A DNA stretch of 64,000 bases from Adineta vaga (lineage: Eukaryota; Animalia; Rotifera). Shown piece by piece: positions 51,775 to 64,000 of the stretch. The stretch is taken from NCBI GenBank assembly GCA_021613535.1, contig CP075492.1, positions 16,120,001 to 16,184,000 of the forward strand. The letters run 5' to 3'. Position 1 is the first letter of the stretch. Each line of letters starts with the position of its first letter. The position numbers and the translations under genes were made by a program. The notes under the pieces were generated by a model, which ran no database searches, was not told the DNA's origin, and saw only the letters and a program-made list of their open reading frames with translations.

Positions 51775-52374
51775 ACCAGACACAATCTTTTTCTTTTAAT
51801 ATATTCTTATCGAACAATATTGATTACATTTACTGTTCCTCGTCTTTTGATTTTTGTTGTGTATGAAATAAAATATTTACAGATATTACACGATGTTTCA
51901 TTTGTTTAACATATTTAATATGATCTATAAATAAATATAGGATAAAAATATTAACAAGATTTGACTTTGTCGAGGTTGCCAGTAGAAACGAGTAGGATAA
52001 GATCACCACGGATTATTACTAAAAATAATAATGAAATTATGGTAGTCATTGTAGAAAATATAAGTATTAAAATATCGATTAGAATGTGCCATGATTCAAG
52101 TATGAGTTTAGATGAAACGTTCAAACTTTTTTACATTAGTAATTGCGATGCCACTTTGAAAATTATAAAAACATTTATGGAAATCTTCACGTCAAGAATA
52201 GAAGACCTTCGATTACATTTTTACTGTGCAACTGACTTTTTCATCGGAATTCTTTACCATTCTGTCGAATAAAATATTTGTTCTTACGTCGATAAGACAT
52301 GTGAGAAACAACAGAAAAAATGAAGAAATAGTGGATTATTTTTAAAATTCTTTGTCTTTTGTTAGCGATGTTTT

Positions 52375-54262
52375 ATGGCTTCTGATCAAAATATATTTGC
52401 GTGTATTTGGCTCGATAGTACTGCCGATTCAACTGAAGAAAATAGAAATATTCAACAGAAACTTCGGCAAATAATCGAAAATCTACATACATTCATTGAT
52501 GTTGAAGCATGTGAAAAATATCTTCGAAAAAACAGGAAAGAAACGATCATTCTAATCGTCTCTGGTAGTTTTGGTCGACAAATTATTCCTCTCGTTCATG
52601 ATTATTCACAATTAATTATATTCTACGTTTTTTGTCAAGATAGAAAGGCCAATGAAGAATGGGCAAAGAAATATCACAAAGTAATTTGAATTCTATACTG
52701 ATAAGAAAAGAAAAATCGTTATAATTATCTTCTAGCTTGGTTGTGTTTGTACAACTGGTTCGGATTTAATTGATCGTATTTTTCAAGATCATAATACTCG
52801 AATAGGAACAGAAGATAATCCATTAATTTCAGTAATTAGTTCAAACTGTGATAATCTCGAATCTCGAAATGCTAGTTTTATGTGGTTTCAATTGTTTATC
52901 GAAGTTCTTCTACGAATGCATCATAAAGTTAGTGATCGGAAAGAATTGATCCATATCTGTAGGAAAACCTATTCTAATAATGTCGAAGTTTTACAAATCA
53001 TTGATGAATTTGAGAAGGACTATTCTGCACACAAAGCAATCTGGTGGTATACTCGTGATACGTGTTTCTATCGGATGATAAATAGCGCATTGCGTTCACA
53101 AGATTTCGATATGTTATTTATCTTTCGATCTTTTATTACTGATATTGCTAAACAAATTCAAGAAGGTTATGAATATTTTATTCGAACAAATGGAAGTCGA
53201 AGTAAAATTGAAGTCTATCGAGGACAGATGATAAGTATGGCAGAATTGGAATTAATGCAGAATAATATCGGAGGATTTTTATCGATGAATTCATTTTTAT
53301 CAACGAGTCGAGATCGAACCGTTGCTCTTGAATTTGCACGAGGAAGAAGTCCAATGCGACCTATTGTCTTCGAAATTAAAATTGATCCTCGATTACGAAC
53401 AAAAGCTTTCGCTAGTATTAGTAAAAAGAGTGCTTTTCAAAGTGAACGTGAAGTATTAATTATGCTCGGAGCTTTGTTTTTTATTAAAAAAGTGACCGAA
53501 GATTCAAAAGATAAACTTTGGGTGGTACGTGTAAGTCTTGCTAGTGATGATGATTATCATTTGAAAGAATTGTTTGCTCATATGAAAAGTAAAATTGGTG
53601 ATGATACAAATCTTGATACTCTTGGCAAACTTTTACTTCGAATGGATGAAAATGAACAGGCACGAAAATGTTACAGACGAATGTTAAATGAAACGGAATT
53701 AGCTATGGGAAATGCTCAATTAGGACTTGGATGGGCATCATCACGATGTAATGATCTTCAGGCAAGTCTCGAACATTTTCAAGTATCATTGGAAATACGG
53801 CAACGTCTTCTGGGAGAAGATCATCCCGATGTGGCAGAAATCTATAGTTTTCTCGGAGAAATCTACCGAAAAATGCATGATTATGATGAAGCTTTAAGAT
53901 ATTTAGTCAAAGCAATGGAAATTGAAGAAAAAACACTTCCTCCGAATTCTCTCAATCTTGCCGCGACGTATGATACGATAGGAATAATCTATACAACGAT
54001 CGATACATACGATACAGCTTTGACTTATTATGAAAAAGTTTTGAAAATTCGTCAAACAGTTTTACCATCAAATCATCCTCAGATTGCTTCAATCAACATG
54101 AGTTTTGGATGGTTATTCGAACGACAAGAAGATTATTCCAAAGCTCTCGATTATTATCAAAAATCATTAGATATTGCAAGAAAAACTTTATCGCCCACAC
54201 ATCGTCTTGTCGTTAATGCACAAGATAATATTCGAAAATTAGAAGCGAAAATGAAAGAATAA
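52375..54262 (+). CDS. Receiver-like + ADP-ribosyltransferase (R-S-E) + TPR protein
   Basis: IWLD/ILIVSG N-terminal domain, WWYTRD, YRGQ, FLSTS, EREVL and 42-aa TPRs. One intron, 52681-~52735. Confidence 0.88.
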
Positions 54263-54270
54263 TTCTTTTA

Positions 54271-55204
54271 TTATTTCATCTGTTTAATTGAAAAATTATC
54301 ATAATAAATATAATCGTCAGTATTTGATTTCCAATGTTCTTCACTTCCACCACGAAATCTAAATTTGAAAATAAAATCAGAATAAATAATAATAAAATCA
54401 TCAAATTTACGTATGAAAAGATAAATTATCAATTAATCGTTTATTTGGTTGCGTTGTCCAACGAATTTTTTGATTAAGTAATATTTCATTATTGATTTTG
54501 ATTTGAACATGTCCATCCTCGTTTTGACCTGTATTAGATTTCATGTACATATGTACACGATACCATTTTCCTTTTTCAATACTATCTAAACAAAAATCAG
54601 ATTGTTTTTATGTCAAACAAAACAAGCCAGATAAATCGAACTCGTTTTTGGATAAGTTTTAGTAAAATTATTTCCACATTTTGGTGTCATATCAGCATAA
54701 TAAATGTATGGAATAAAATAAACTCTGTTTTTAGTATTATACCACATCAAACGTAATGATCCACCTTCACCATCTTTCGGCATACGACATCCAGTATTAT
54801 GATCACCAACGCCTAAACCAAATCCAATTTTTCCACCACGACTCCAATTAAATTTACTATGAAATTTTACGGAGAAATCTAATTGATATTCCGATGCAGC
54901 GGGTATTTTTGTATTCGACACAATTCCACAGTGATTTGATAAAGCATTTTTTCTTAATGTTATTCGTAAAGTTCCATTGGAAATCATTGCACGATCATTT
55001 TGCCAGCCAGTAACTGAACCAAAGTCTGATTTTGCTAATGTTTCAGAATATTCACCATCTTTAGTATATTTATTCCAATTCAATGACTTTTCATAAAGTT
55101 CACTTTCTGCTAATTCGAAGAAAAGAATGATTGTTAAAACTAAAATTTATAGGAATGATTAATTTATTGAAGATAGGACAAATCAGACCTGATATGAACT
55201 TCAT
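54271..55204 (-). CDS. Secreted polysaccharide lyase (PL14-like alginate lyase), 4 exons
   Basis: Splices to a signal peptide plus VKFHSKFNWSRGGKIG, SLRLMW, YIYYAD, GKWYRV, DGHVQIKIN and FHTFRGG; three GT-AG introns. Confidence 0.78.
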
Positions 55205-55767
55205 TTTTTTTTATGAGAAAGTTTTTCATACACGAAATATTTATTACAAAGTTTTCTAATCTCTTAGATTAAAATTTTAATTACTATTTTCATCGTAAAT
55301 ATTTTTTTTCCTTTTCTCTCGTCCTTGTAAATATATGATATTGATCCTTTATAATTGACCTATTTCTATTTTTATATTTTTTTGTTAGATAAATACAAGA
55401 TTTTACTTTTTCATTGTTTATGTATGAAAATAAACACATGAGCATACCTAATTTGAGGGGAACGGATAGTTGCTCGCCAAGAAACGTTTCGAGTTAAATA
55501 AGACAAAGATATTCTTTATTGACAATAAATACCAGATAAAGAAAACAAAAGAAATCTGTATGGATAATAAAACTCTGATGTGTTTTAATTGATCCTGAAC
55601 ATTTGTTTGTGGACTTTGAACTAAATTGTATCATCGTTTGTTCAATGATTCATTTTTTCGCTTCGGTGATTGACGACCAGCCATAACGTTAATAGTATCC
55701 GAATATACATGATTAAATGTCACTAATCATTATAAAAATAATGATCATCAATCGTCTATACATGAGC

Positions 55768-55924
55768 GGTATCACATATCCTGCAGATAGGAGATGCGAG
55801 AGATTTTCCGTCTCCTAGTACCAATAAACTCCAAATACCCAAGAAAATTTTTCATCATTTTTGGAGTCTGGAGGTACTGGAAGATGCATCTCCAGCATCT
55901 GCTATCTGCTGGAGATGTGACACT
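55768..55924. mobile_element. Palindromic MITE-like element
   Basis: atcacatatcctgcagataggagatgc ... gcatctgctatctgctggagatgtgac inverted ends. Confidence 0.55.
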
Positions 55925-56973
55925 GTTGGTTGTGAGTATATCATACTACGTGATACATTATATATGAGTATGTTGAGAGTATGAATCTGAATGGGAGAGG
56001 AAATAGCTGATAATGTTTGTTTTTCTTCTTCCTACTCACCCAGACCCGTAGAGTCGAAATGCTTCACAGTTTGCTTCATTCACTCACATTCACTCTCAAA
56101 AAAATAAAGATATAAATTGAAAGCATATAGTTTTTTCTCGTCCTGTTCTCTTTCTTATTTTTTTTTCTTTGCTTATTTGTATGGAAATATTGTTACCTTC
56201 ATCAATCCAGCATGTGCTTCAGCACAAATCGCTGGTAGGATTTGTTAACTTACAATTCAAAATAGTGTCTGTCAAAGCAGATTGTCATTATGCTAGTCAT
56301 ATACCTATTTTCTTTGCAAATGTACTTCAGAGTGTCGCATCAGAGAATAAAATAGTAAAAAGCTATGTTGGAAAAAACCGTCGTAGCGTTTGATTTGTAA
56401 TCAGAATAGTTGAGACTGAATAGGGTTGTTTTGATAGTGAAAGAAGAGTCTAATTTTCGGCATAAATCAGATAAAGGAATTCACGTCTTATAATGACAAC
56501 ATAGAAATGGGTTTACGACAGTTGCTGCTCGCTAACAGTGAACATTTCTTTTCAAATTATCATTAGTCGTTAATTGGACATGTAGTGCATCTTGATCATC
56601 TATATTTGCTTGTGCAAAAATATTATGTGGATCGGCTTCATCTTCAAAGATTCTTGTCATAATCGATCATAATATATCCGAACTAATCTATTAATCAGGA
56701 ATGTGACTCACCAACGGTTTTATCAAATATATAGTTTAAATTAATATGTAACCGGCTACGGCATTTAAATTTTCTGAAAAACTTGCATTTTCATAGCATC
56801 TTCTTGATTCGTCGATCAATGATATGCGAATATCCATTATGAGTGAGTAAAGGAGAATTTTTCGAAATAGTTGAAAGAATACTTGACATGACTGTTTTTG
56901 TAAATGTGCAGTTTTGCGACTAATAGATCTTTCACTAATCTTGCAGAACTGATTTTTATTTTAGATAGATTTA

Positions 56974-59900
56974 TGATGACGTCCCATAGTTCAAAAGTGT
57001 CTACGACACCATTCGACTTATCAAACAGCATTATCAATAATCAAGCGGATGGCACACAGACATTCTGTACTCTCGAAAGTAGCAATGAACATGCAACAAA
57101 TATTCGCAGTTTATCACCTGTCAAACGAGCACAGATCACTGAGAATTTTATTGTTATTTGGGCAGATTCTAGCATCGATGAATCTAACAATTCAGTTCAA
57201 AGTCATATCGATAATTTTCTACATATTAATATTTCAATAAAAACCTTTAGTGATCCTGATCAATGTGTCGATTATATTACAAAGATAAAGGAAAAAACAG
57301 TTTTCTTGATAATTTCTGGTGATCTTATTCAACAAGTCGTTCCTGCTGTTCAACGTCTAATACAACTTGACTCTATATATGTATTTTGTGATCATAAATC
57401 ACAGTATGAGCAATGCAAAGGTCAATGGAAGAAAGTGAAAGGTATTTTCACTCAAATTGAATCCATTCTTCATGCACTAAAACAAGATATTCGACATTCC
57501 AATAGCACTCTGATACCGATTAGTATTGTTAAACCGACATCTGTCAATGGTTTGAATGAGCTTGATCAATCATTTATGTACTCACAGTTACTAAAAGAGA
57601 TTCTTCTCAAGATACTACATACCGATGAGGCAAAAAAAGAATTCGTTGAATTTTGTCGTACTTCCTATGCTAAGAACGATAATGAATTACGAAAACTTGA
57701 TGAATTTGAGCAGCAATATGAGTGTTCATCATCCATTTGGTGGTATACTCGTGAGTATTTTATTTATTTCATGTTAAATCAAGCTCTAAGAACGCAAGAC
57801 ACCGAGCTTATTTTGAAGATGAGCTTTTTTCTGCACGATATTCATCATCAAATCCATCAATTGTATTCACAAGTGAATGATCGCAATTTATTCGATGTTT
57901 TCCGAGGACAGGGTGTGTCACAAGCTGAATTGGAAAAGCTGAAAACGAGCATAGGTGGTCTAATATCATTCAATAATTTCTTATCCACAAGTAGAGACTA
58001 TGGAGTTTCCTATATGTATGCAGAAACCGCACGAGACAATCATAATCTAATTGGAGTCATCTTTCAAATGGAAATTAATCCTTTGATCGCTTCAACCCCT
58101 TTCGTCTCTCTAGATAATATCAGTTGCTTCAAAGAAACAGAGGAAGAAGTTTTATTTTCCATGCACACCGTCTTTCGTATCAATGATATCGAAGAAATTG
58201 CTGATCGACTATGGTATGTACGTCTGACACTGACGAGTGACAATGATCAACAACTGACAAGTCTTACAAAACGCATGAGGCAAGACATAGAAGGACCAAC
58301 GGAGTCACACCGGATGGCTCGACTAATGATAAAAATGGGCAAGTTTGACAGAGCCGAGAAAATCTACACTACACTACACTCAACAGTGTATGAGGATAAT
58401 TCGAAAGAGGACGCATATCTGAGCCTTCAGTTAGGATCTATCAAAGCAGACAAAGGTGATCTTACGAGCTCACTCGCATTCCTTCAAAGAACCCTTGAGC
58501 TTATACGTACATCTCTTCCAGCTAACCATCCATCATTGGCTGTTGTCTACATCAATATCGGTTCGGTATATGCTCTAATGGGGAAATATGCGGAAGCGAT
58601 ATTGTATTACGACAAATCACTAAAAATACAAGATGCATCTCCATTATTTGATTATTTAGATCTCGCTGATACATATATAAATATTGGTTCAGTGTATTAT
58701 ATTATGGGAGCTTGTTCGAAAGCGCTTTCATATTTTGAGAAGACGCTTGAAATTCAAGAGAAATTTCTTCCATCAATACATCCATCACTAGGTACGACTT
58801 GCAGCAAAATTGGTATGGTACATTACTCTATGAGAGAGCCTTCGAAGGCACTATCATACTACGAGAGAGCATTAGAAATACAGCACAAGTCTCTTCCATC
58901 CAATCATCCAAACTTTGCTAAGACATACAACAGTATTGGGTCATTACATGATCTAATGGGTAAATATTCTGAGGCACTTTCAAATTATGAGAAAGCATTA
59001 GAAATCACGACAACTGCTCTTCCATCTGATCGTCCAGATCTGGCCGCCATCTATGATAATATTGGTTTAGTATATGATTCTATGGGACAATACTCAATCG
59101 CACTGTCAAACTATAAGAAATCACTTGAAATACAGCACAAATTATTTTCCTTGAACCATCCAGACGTTGCTAGTACATACAGTCATATTGGTGCAGTATA
59201 TTATGCCAAGACAGATTATTCAAATGCCCTGGTATATCATGAGAAGGCACTCGAAATACGACAAAAATCGCTTCCATCCGATCATCCAGATCTGGCTATA
59301 ACCTATAACAATATTGGTTTGGTGTATAATTCAACGGGAGAATATGTTAAGGCACTTTCATACTATGAGAAAGCGCTCGAAATACAACACAGAATACTTC
59401 CATCTCATCATTCAGATTTGGCTGCAACTTATAATAACATCGGTTTCTTACATTTTTCAATGGAAGACTATTTAAAATCACTATCATATCATGAAAAAGC
59501 ACTTGAGATAAAACGAAAATCGCTTCCAGACAATCATCCGGATTTTACTACGACGTACAATAATATCGGCTTGTCACATAAACTAATGGGAAAATATTCT
59601 GAAGCATTGTCATATTATGAGAGAACATTGGAAATTATGAAGAATTCTGTTCCACCCAATCATCCAAATTTGTTTTCAGTCTATAACAATATTGCTTCGG
59701 TATATAATGAAATGGAAGAGTACGCAAAGGCACTATCATACTATCAGAACGCGCTTGAAATACAACGAGAATCACTTCCATCGAACCATCCAGATCTGGC
59801 TATTACCAATAACAACATAGGTTCTATGTATTACTCCATAGGAGAATACTTGCAAGCACTTCCATACTATCAAAAGACACTTGATATTCTAGAAATATCT

Positions 59901-61109
59901 TTGCCACCTTATCATCCAGATCTGGTTGAAGTTTGTTATAGTATTGGTATAATTCACGAGTCATTGGGGAAGTATTCGACCGCATTGTCAAATTACGAGA
60001 AGGTCCTTCAAATACAACAAAACTCACTTTCATCCTACCATCTAGATTTGGCTGCCACAAATAGTACGATAGGATCCATGTATCATTCAATGGGAGAATA
60101 TCGTCAAGCGCTTTCATACTATGAGAAGGCACTTGATATAAAACGACAATCACTTCCATTCAACCATTCGGATCTGGCCACTACCATCAGCAATATAGGT
60201 TCTATGTACTACTTATTAGGAGAATATTTGCAGGCAGTTTCATACTATGAAGAAGCACTCGGCATTCTACTAATATCTTTATCATCCGATCATCCAGATC
60301 TGGTAGCAGTTTATAAAAATATTAGCTCAGCCTATAAATCAATGCAAGAGTTTGAGCAAGCGTTGTCATATTATGAAAAACTGCTTGTTATACAATTAAA
60401 ATCACTTCCATCTCATCATCAGGATCTGATTAGAACCTACAATGATATTGCGTTTATTTATGAATCAATGAAAGACTATTCCAAAGCATTACTATTTTAC
60501 AAGAAGATACTAGAATTACAGCAGAAACCACATCCATGTAGCTATTCTGATCTTGCTATTACCAATACTAATATAGGTTCGATATATTACTCTATGAAGG
60601 ATTACTTAGAAGCACTTTCATATTATAACAAGACAGTTGAAAATATGGATGAATCACTTTCGTTAAATTATCCGTCACTGGTCACAGGCTACAACAATAT
60701 TGTTTTGGTGTATAATTCAATTGGACAATATTCGGAAGCTCTTGTTTACTATGAAAAAGCGCTTGAGTTAAAAAAAAAATTATCTTCAATCAACAGTCTA
60801 GATACAGTTCTGATATGCTATAGTATAGGTCTCATGCATCGTTCAATGGGGAATTACTTGAAATCACTTTCGTTTTATGAGAAAACGCATGAGATAATGA
60901 CTACGTTCCTAACATCAAGTCATCTGCTATTCGCTATCGTATATGGCAACATTGGTTTGATGTATAAATTAATAGGCAAGCATCGGATAGCATTACAGCA
61001 TTATTATAAATCGTTTCACGTCTTGCGTGAATTTCTATCGCCAGATTACCCGTTGCTCACTATGATTCATATAAATCTCGATATAATGCGTAAATCGACA
61101 AAAGAATGA
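56974..61109 (+). CDS. Receiver-like + ADP-ribosyltransferase + ~21-22 TPR protein, single ORF
   Basis: IWAD/FLIISG, WWYTRE, FRGQ, FLSTS and EEEVL motifs, then 42-aa HP.LA..YNNIG repeats. Confidence 0.92.
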
Positions 61110-61813
61110 GAAAACCTGTTCGTTCGTTGGGAAATTTCAGTTCGCTACTGCAAAAATATACTGTAACTAAAATGCTGTAGTGTTATGGACAAATTTTCGT
61201 ATGAAATCACGATAAATAAAATAATCTTGAATATTAAAAGTATTTGTGTGCCGAATAATGGAGTTTTGCCTATAATAGGGTTGTGTCTGTAAGGGAGGGC
61301 AGGGTCAAGGGGACTGGACCCAATTTTCGACTTAAAACTTACACTCGCATATTTTTCTTCGAAAAGTATATGGGGGAGTTCCACAAAAAGGGGAGCGAAT
61401 TCAAGGAATGAGCGTCACTTGCTACTATTGATCTTCTTAATTTACTCGACGAAATATCGATTAATATTTTGAATAAACTTCATATATTATTGAAGTATTC
61501 TATTCATTGATTGACATTCATGACGTGCTTGATATAATCGCATGTGATATCAACGTTAATAGACTCGTTGACCTAATAAAACTCTCGTTGAATGATGGAA
61601 ATGATTCATTAAACAAATCTATTTTTAACCGATTTCAAAATTGCATATTACCTTGAATTTATAAAGATATGAAAGTTTTATTTTTCATCAGATATAATAA
61701 ACATATCTATTGTTTGTTATACGTTATCTTTTTTCATTCTTATTATCGTTATAAAAGAAAAAAAAACGTGAAAGAGCAAAAGATTTTTTGTTTTCAAAAC
61801 ACAAAGTGCAATA

Positions 61814-63301
61814 ATGAATGATCCTTCACTTGTCTTTCCATCAAAATCATTAAATCCATCTGTTTATGTTGTTTATCGTCAACGATTTTACATTCTTGGT
61901 GTATTTTCCTTTCTTGCATTTAATCAATGTGCATTTTGGTTAACATTTTCTCCAGTATCTCCAAGTACTCAACTATATTACGGAATACCATCATCAACTG
62001 TTGATCTCCTTCTTAACTGGGGACCCATTATGTTTATTCCTTGTCTTCCATTTATTTATCTTCTTTTAAATCGAAAAAATGGTCTTCGATTAATCGTACG
62101 TATTCTATCTATTTCTTGTTTTATATCCACATTACTTCGCATCATCCCATCAATTGTCACATCTCCTTCCAGTCCACATTTCAAGTCGATATCATTACCA
62201 TTTATTCATGCTGGTCAAATAATCAATGCCGCTTGTGGTCCATTAGTAATGGCACCCGTATCCCAATTATCATGTTTATGGTTTGCTGCTAATGAAAGAA
62301 CACGAGCAACAACAATCGCTATAATGGCAAATACATTTGGTGGAACAATTAGTTTTCTAATCAATCCTGCAATTGTTTCTCAACCATCTAACGTTCCTTA
62401 TTTACTTTATTTTCATCTTGCTCTAGCTTTTTTAGCTGGACTTTTAGCATTGATATATTTTCCTGCTCATCCTCCAACAGCTTCATCAGCAGCAGGTGAA
62501 CTTCTAATGAAAGAAGATAACGAAAATTCTCTCTCAACTTTCAAATCTTATAAAGATGGTCTTAAACAATGTTTTACAAATTTTCCATTTATTTTACTTT
62601 CAACAGCAGGTGGAATCATGAGTGGAACATTTGCAGTATGGACTGGATTATTCGCGACAATTCTTTCATTTGAAAACTATTCCGAAACACAAGCGGGTAA
62701 AATTTCTATCATAAAAACCCTTTTTTTCTAAACTATATATGATAAAATAGGTTGGTTTGGTTTTGCTTCATCCTTATTAGGAATTCTTGGTGCTCTAGGT
62801 TTAAGTGCATTAGTTGATACCAAACGTTTTCGACGTTCTCATAAAATCTTTATTCTTATTTGTTTTCTTGCTTGTTTTCTCTCCGTTTTTTTCTTTGAAT
62901 TATCTGTTCGTACAATATTTTATGACAAACCATTGATAAAATCGACAACATTCACTATTGGATTGTTTCTTTCACTTGCTGGTTTATTTCAAGGATCTGC
63001 CTTGCCATTAATCTATGAAAGTTCCGCTGAAATCATGTATCCATTACCTGAATCACTTTCAGCATCGATTCTTGTTCAATGGAATAATATTGCATGTGTT
63101 ATTCTTCTTTTTATTGCATCAAAACAATATCAAGTTATCAATCTACTTGTTCTCGTCGTCATCGCATTATCGATTCTAATGATTGCATTCGCTCGTTTCA
63201 CATATAAAAGACAAGAAGAAGATGAAAGAAAATGTGCAATACCATCACAATCACTTGAACTTCACGATCAAGTTTCTAATTCGACCGAACCCATGACATA
63301 G
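61814..63301 (+). CDS. MFS transporter, FLVCR/SLC49 (DIRC2-like)
   Basis: YRQRFYIL, GQIINA, SCLWF..NERTRAT and PLIYESSAEIMYPLPES motifs. Intron 62697-62750. Confidence 0.88.
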
Positions 63302-64000
63302 ATGTTTTTGAAATATTAATAAAATTCGGTCAATTTTGACAAAGGAAATCTTATGTATAATTTAAAAAATATTGTATCATTAATGAGAGAAGAAGAAAAT
63401 CAAGAGAATTGCAAGTAGTAAATTCAACCAAGGTCGAGATTGAGATAGGCTTAATCAGAGATGCATCGAGGGAACATAAAGTTACTGCGCCATAAATCAT
63501 ACAACAATTCATCTTACAAATAAGAATATATATACTTGAAAGAAGAAGAATAAGAAGCACTCGTCATCGATAGCAGGTATCATTTAATGAATTTTAAGTT
63601 TGCGAATGTAGCTGTTATCAAATGCACGCGTACGATAGCGACACATCACAGCGTATGAATATTGTCTACTATTGTACATTTTGCGACATCGAAGAGGGTT
63701 AGATATCACACACAATGGTGATATATTGTTTCATTAAGGAGGTCAATTTACTCGAAATAAAACATAAATGCCTTACGTTCCTCTATCTGTTTGAAACGTA
63801 GGATAAGAACGCAAGAAAAAAATTCGATCCTATAAATAATATGATGTTTCGTTTGAATATATATCATATTTTTTTTTCATCGAATCTCCGAAAAGCAAAA
63901 GCCGACATCATTGTGAGGTTGAAAACATGGCCGGTATTCAGAAGGAAAAAAAACCGGTAAGTTATTTTGTACGTCTAAAAATTCAATATTTTCCAATGCG

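Noticed and set aside
61288-61420. G-rich patch as a telomeric junction or TE end
   Set aside because: No TG(T/A)GGG periodicity and no matching opposite terminus found.
1-64000. Prokaryotic origin of the contig, and the many 60-100 aa AT-rich ORFs
   Set aside because: Abundant spliceosomal introns and metazoan genes (otopetrin, GPCR, GT7) show eukaryotic DNA. The short ORFs are intron read-throughs or random frames.

Overview
AT-rich eukaryotic DNA with short (~45-85 nt) GT-AG introns. The gene repertoire (NHL, F-box/LRR, ART-TPR, otopetrin, several foreign-type enzymes) and TG(T/A)GGG telomere-type repeats point to a bdelloid rotifer; this is inferred from gene content and motifs, not from a database search. 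The window is a mosaic of intact genes, pseudogenes and transposon remnants. The most striking structure is a series of eight short (about 30-110 bp) telomere-repeat junctions. Most run from a G-rich TG(T/A)GGG tract through a unique 15-25 nt spacer to a C-rich tract, and the outer edges usually carry the same non-telomeric anchor (TCTTGAGGGTG or its reverse complement CACCCTCAAGA). Several junctions cut genes or transposons exactly at their edge, and some bound duplicated or foreign-type gene blocks. One tract is joined to a type I hammerhead ribozyme typical of Athena/Terminon (Penelope-like) 3' ends. Beside another junction lies a spliced gene encoding a PD-(D/E)XK restriction-endonuclease-like domain followed by tandem GxPDMR repeats.
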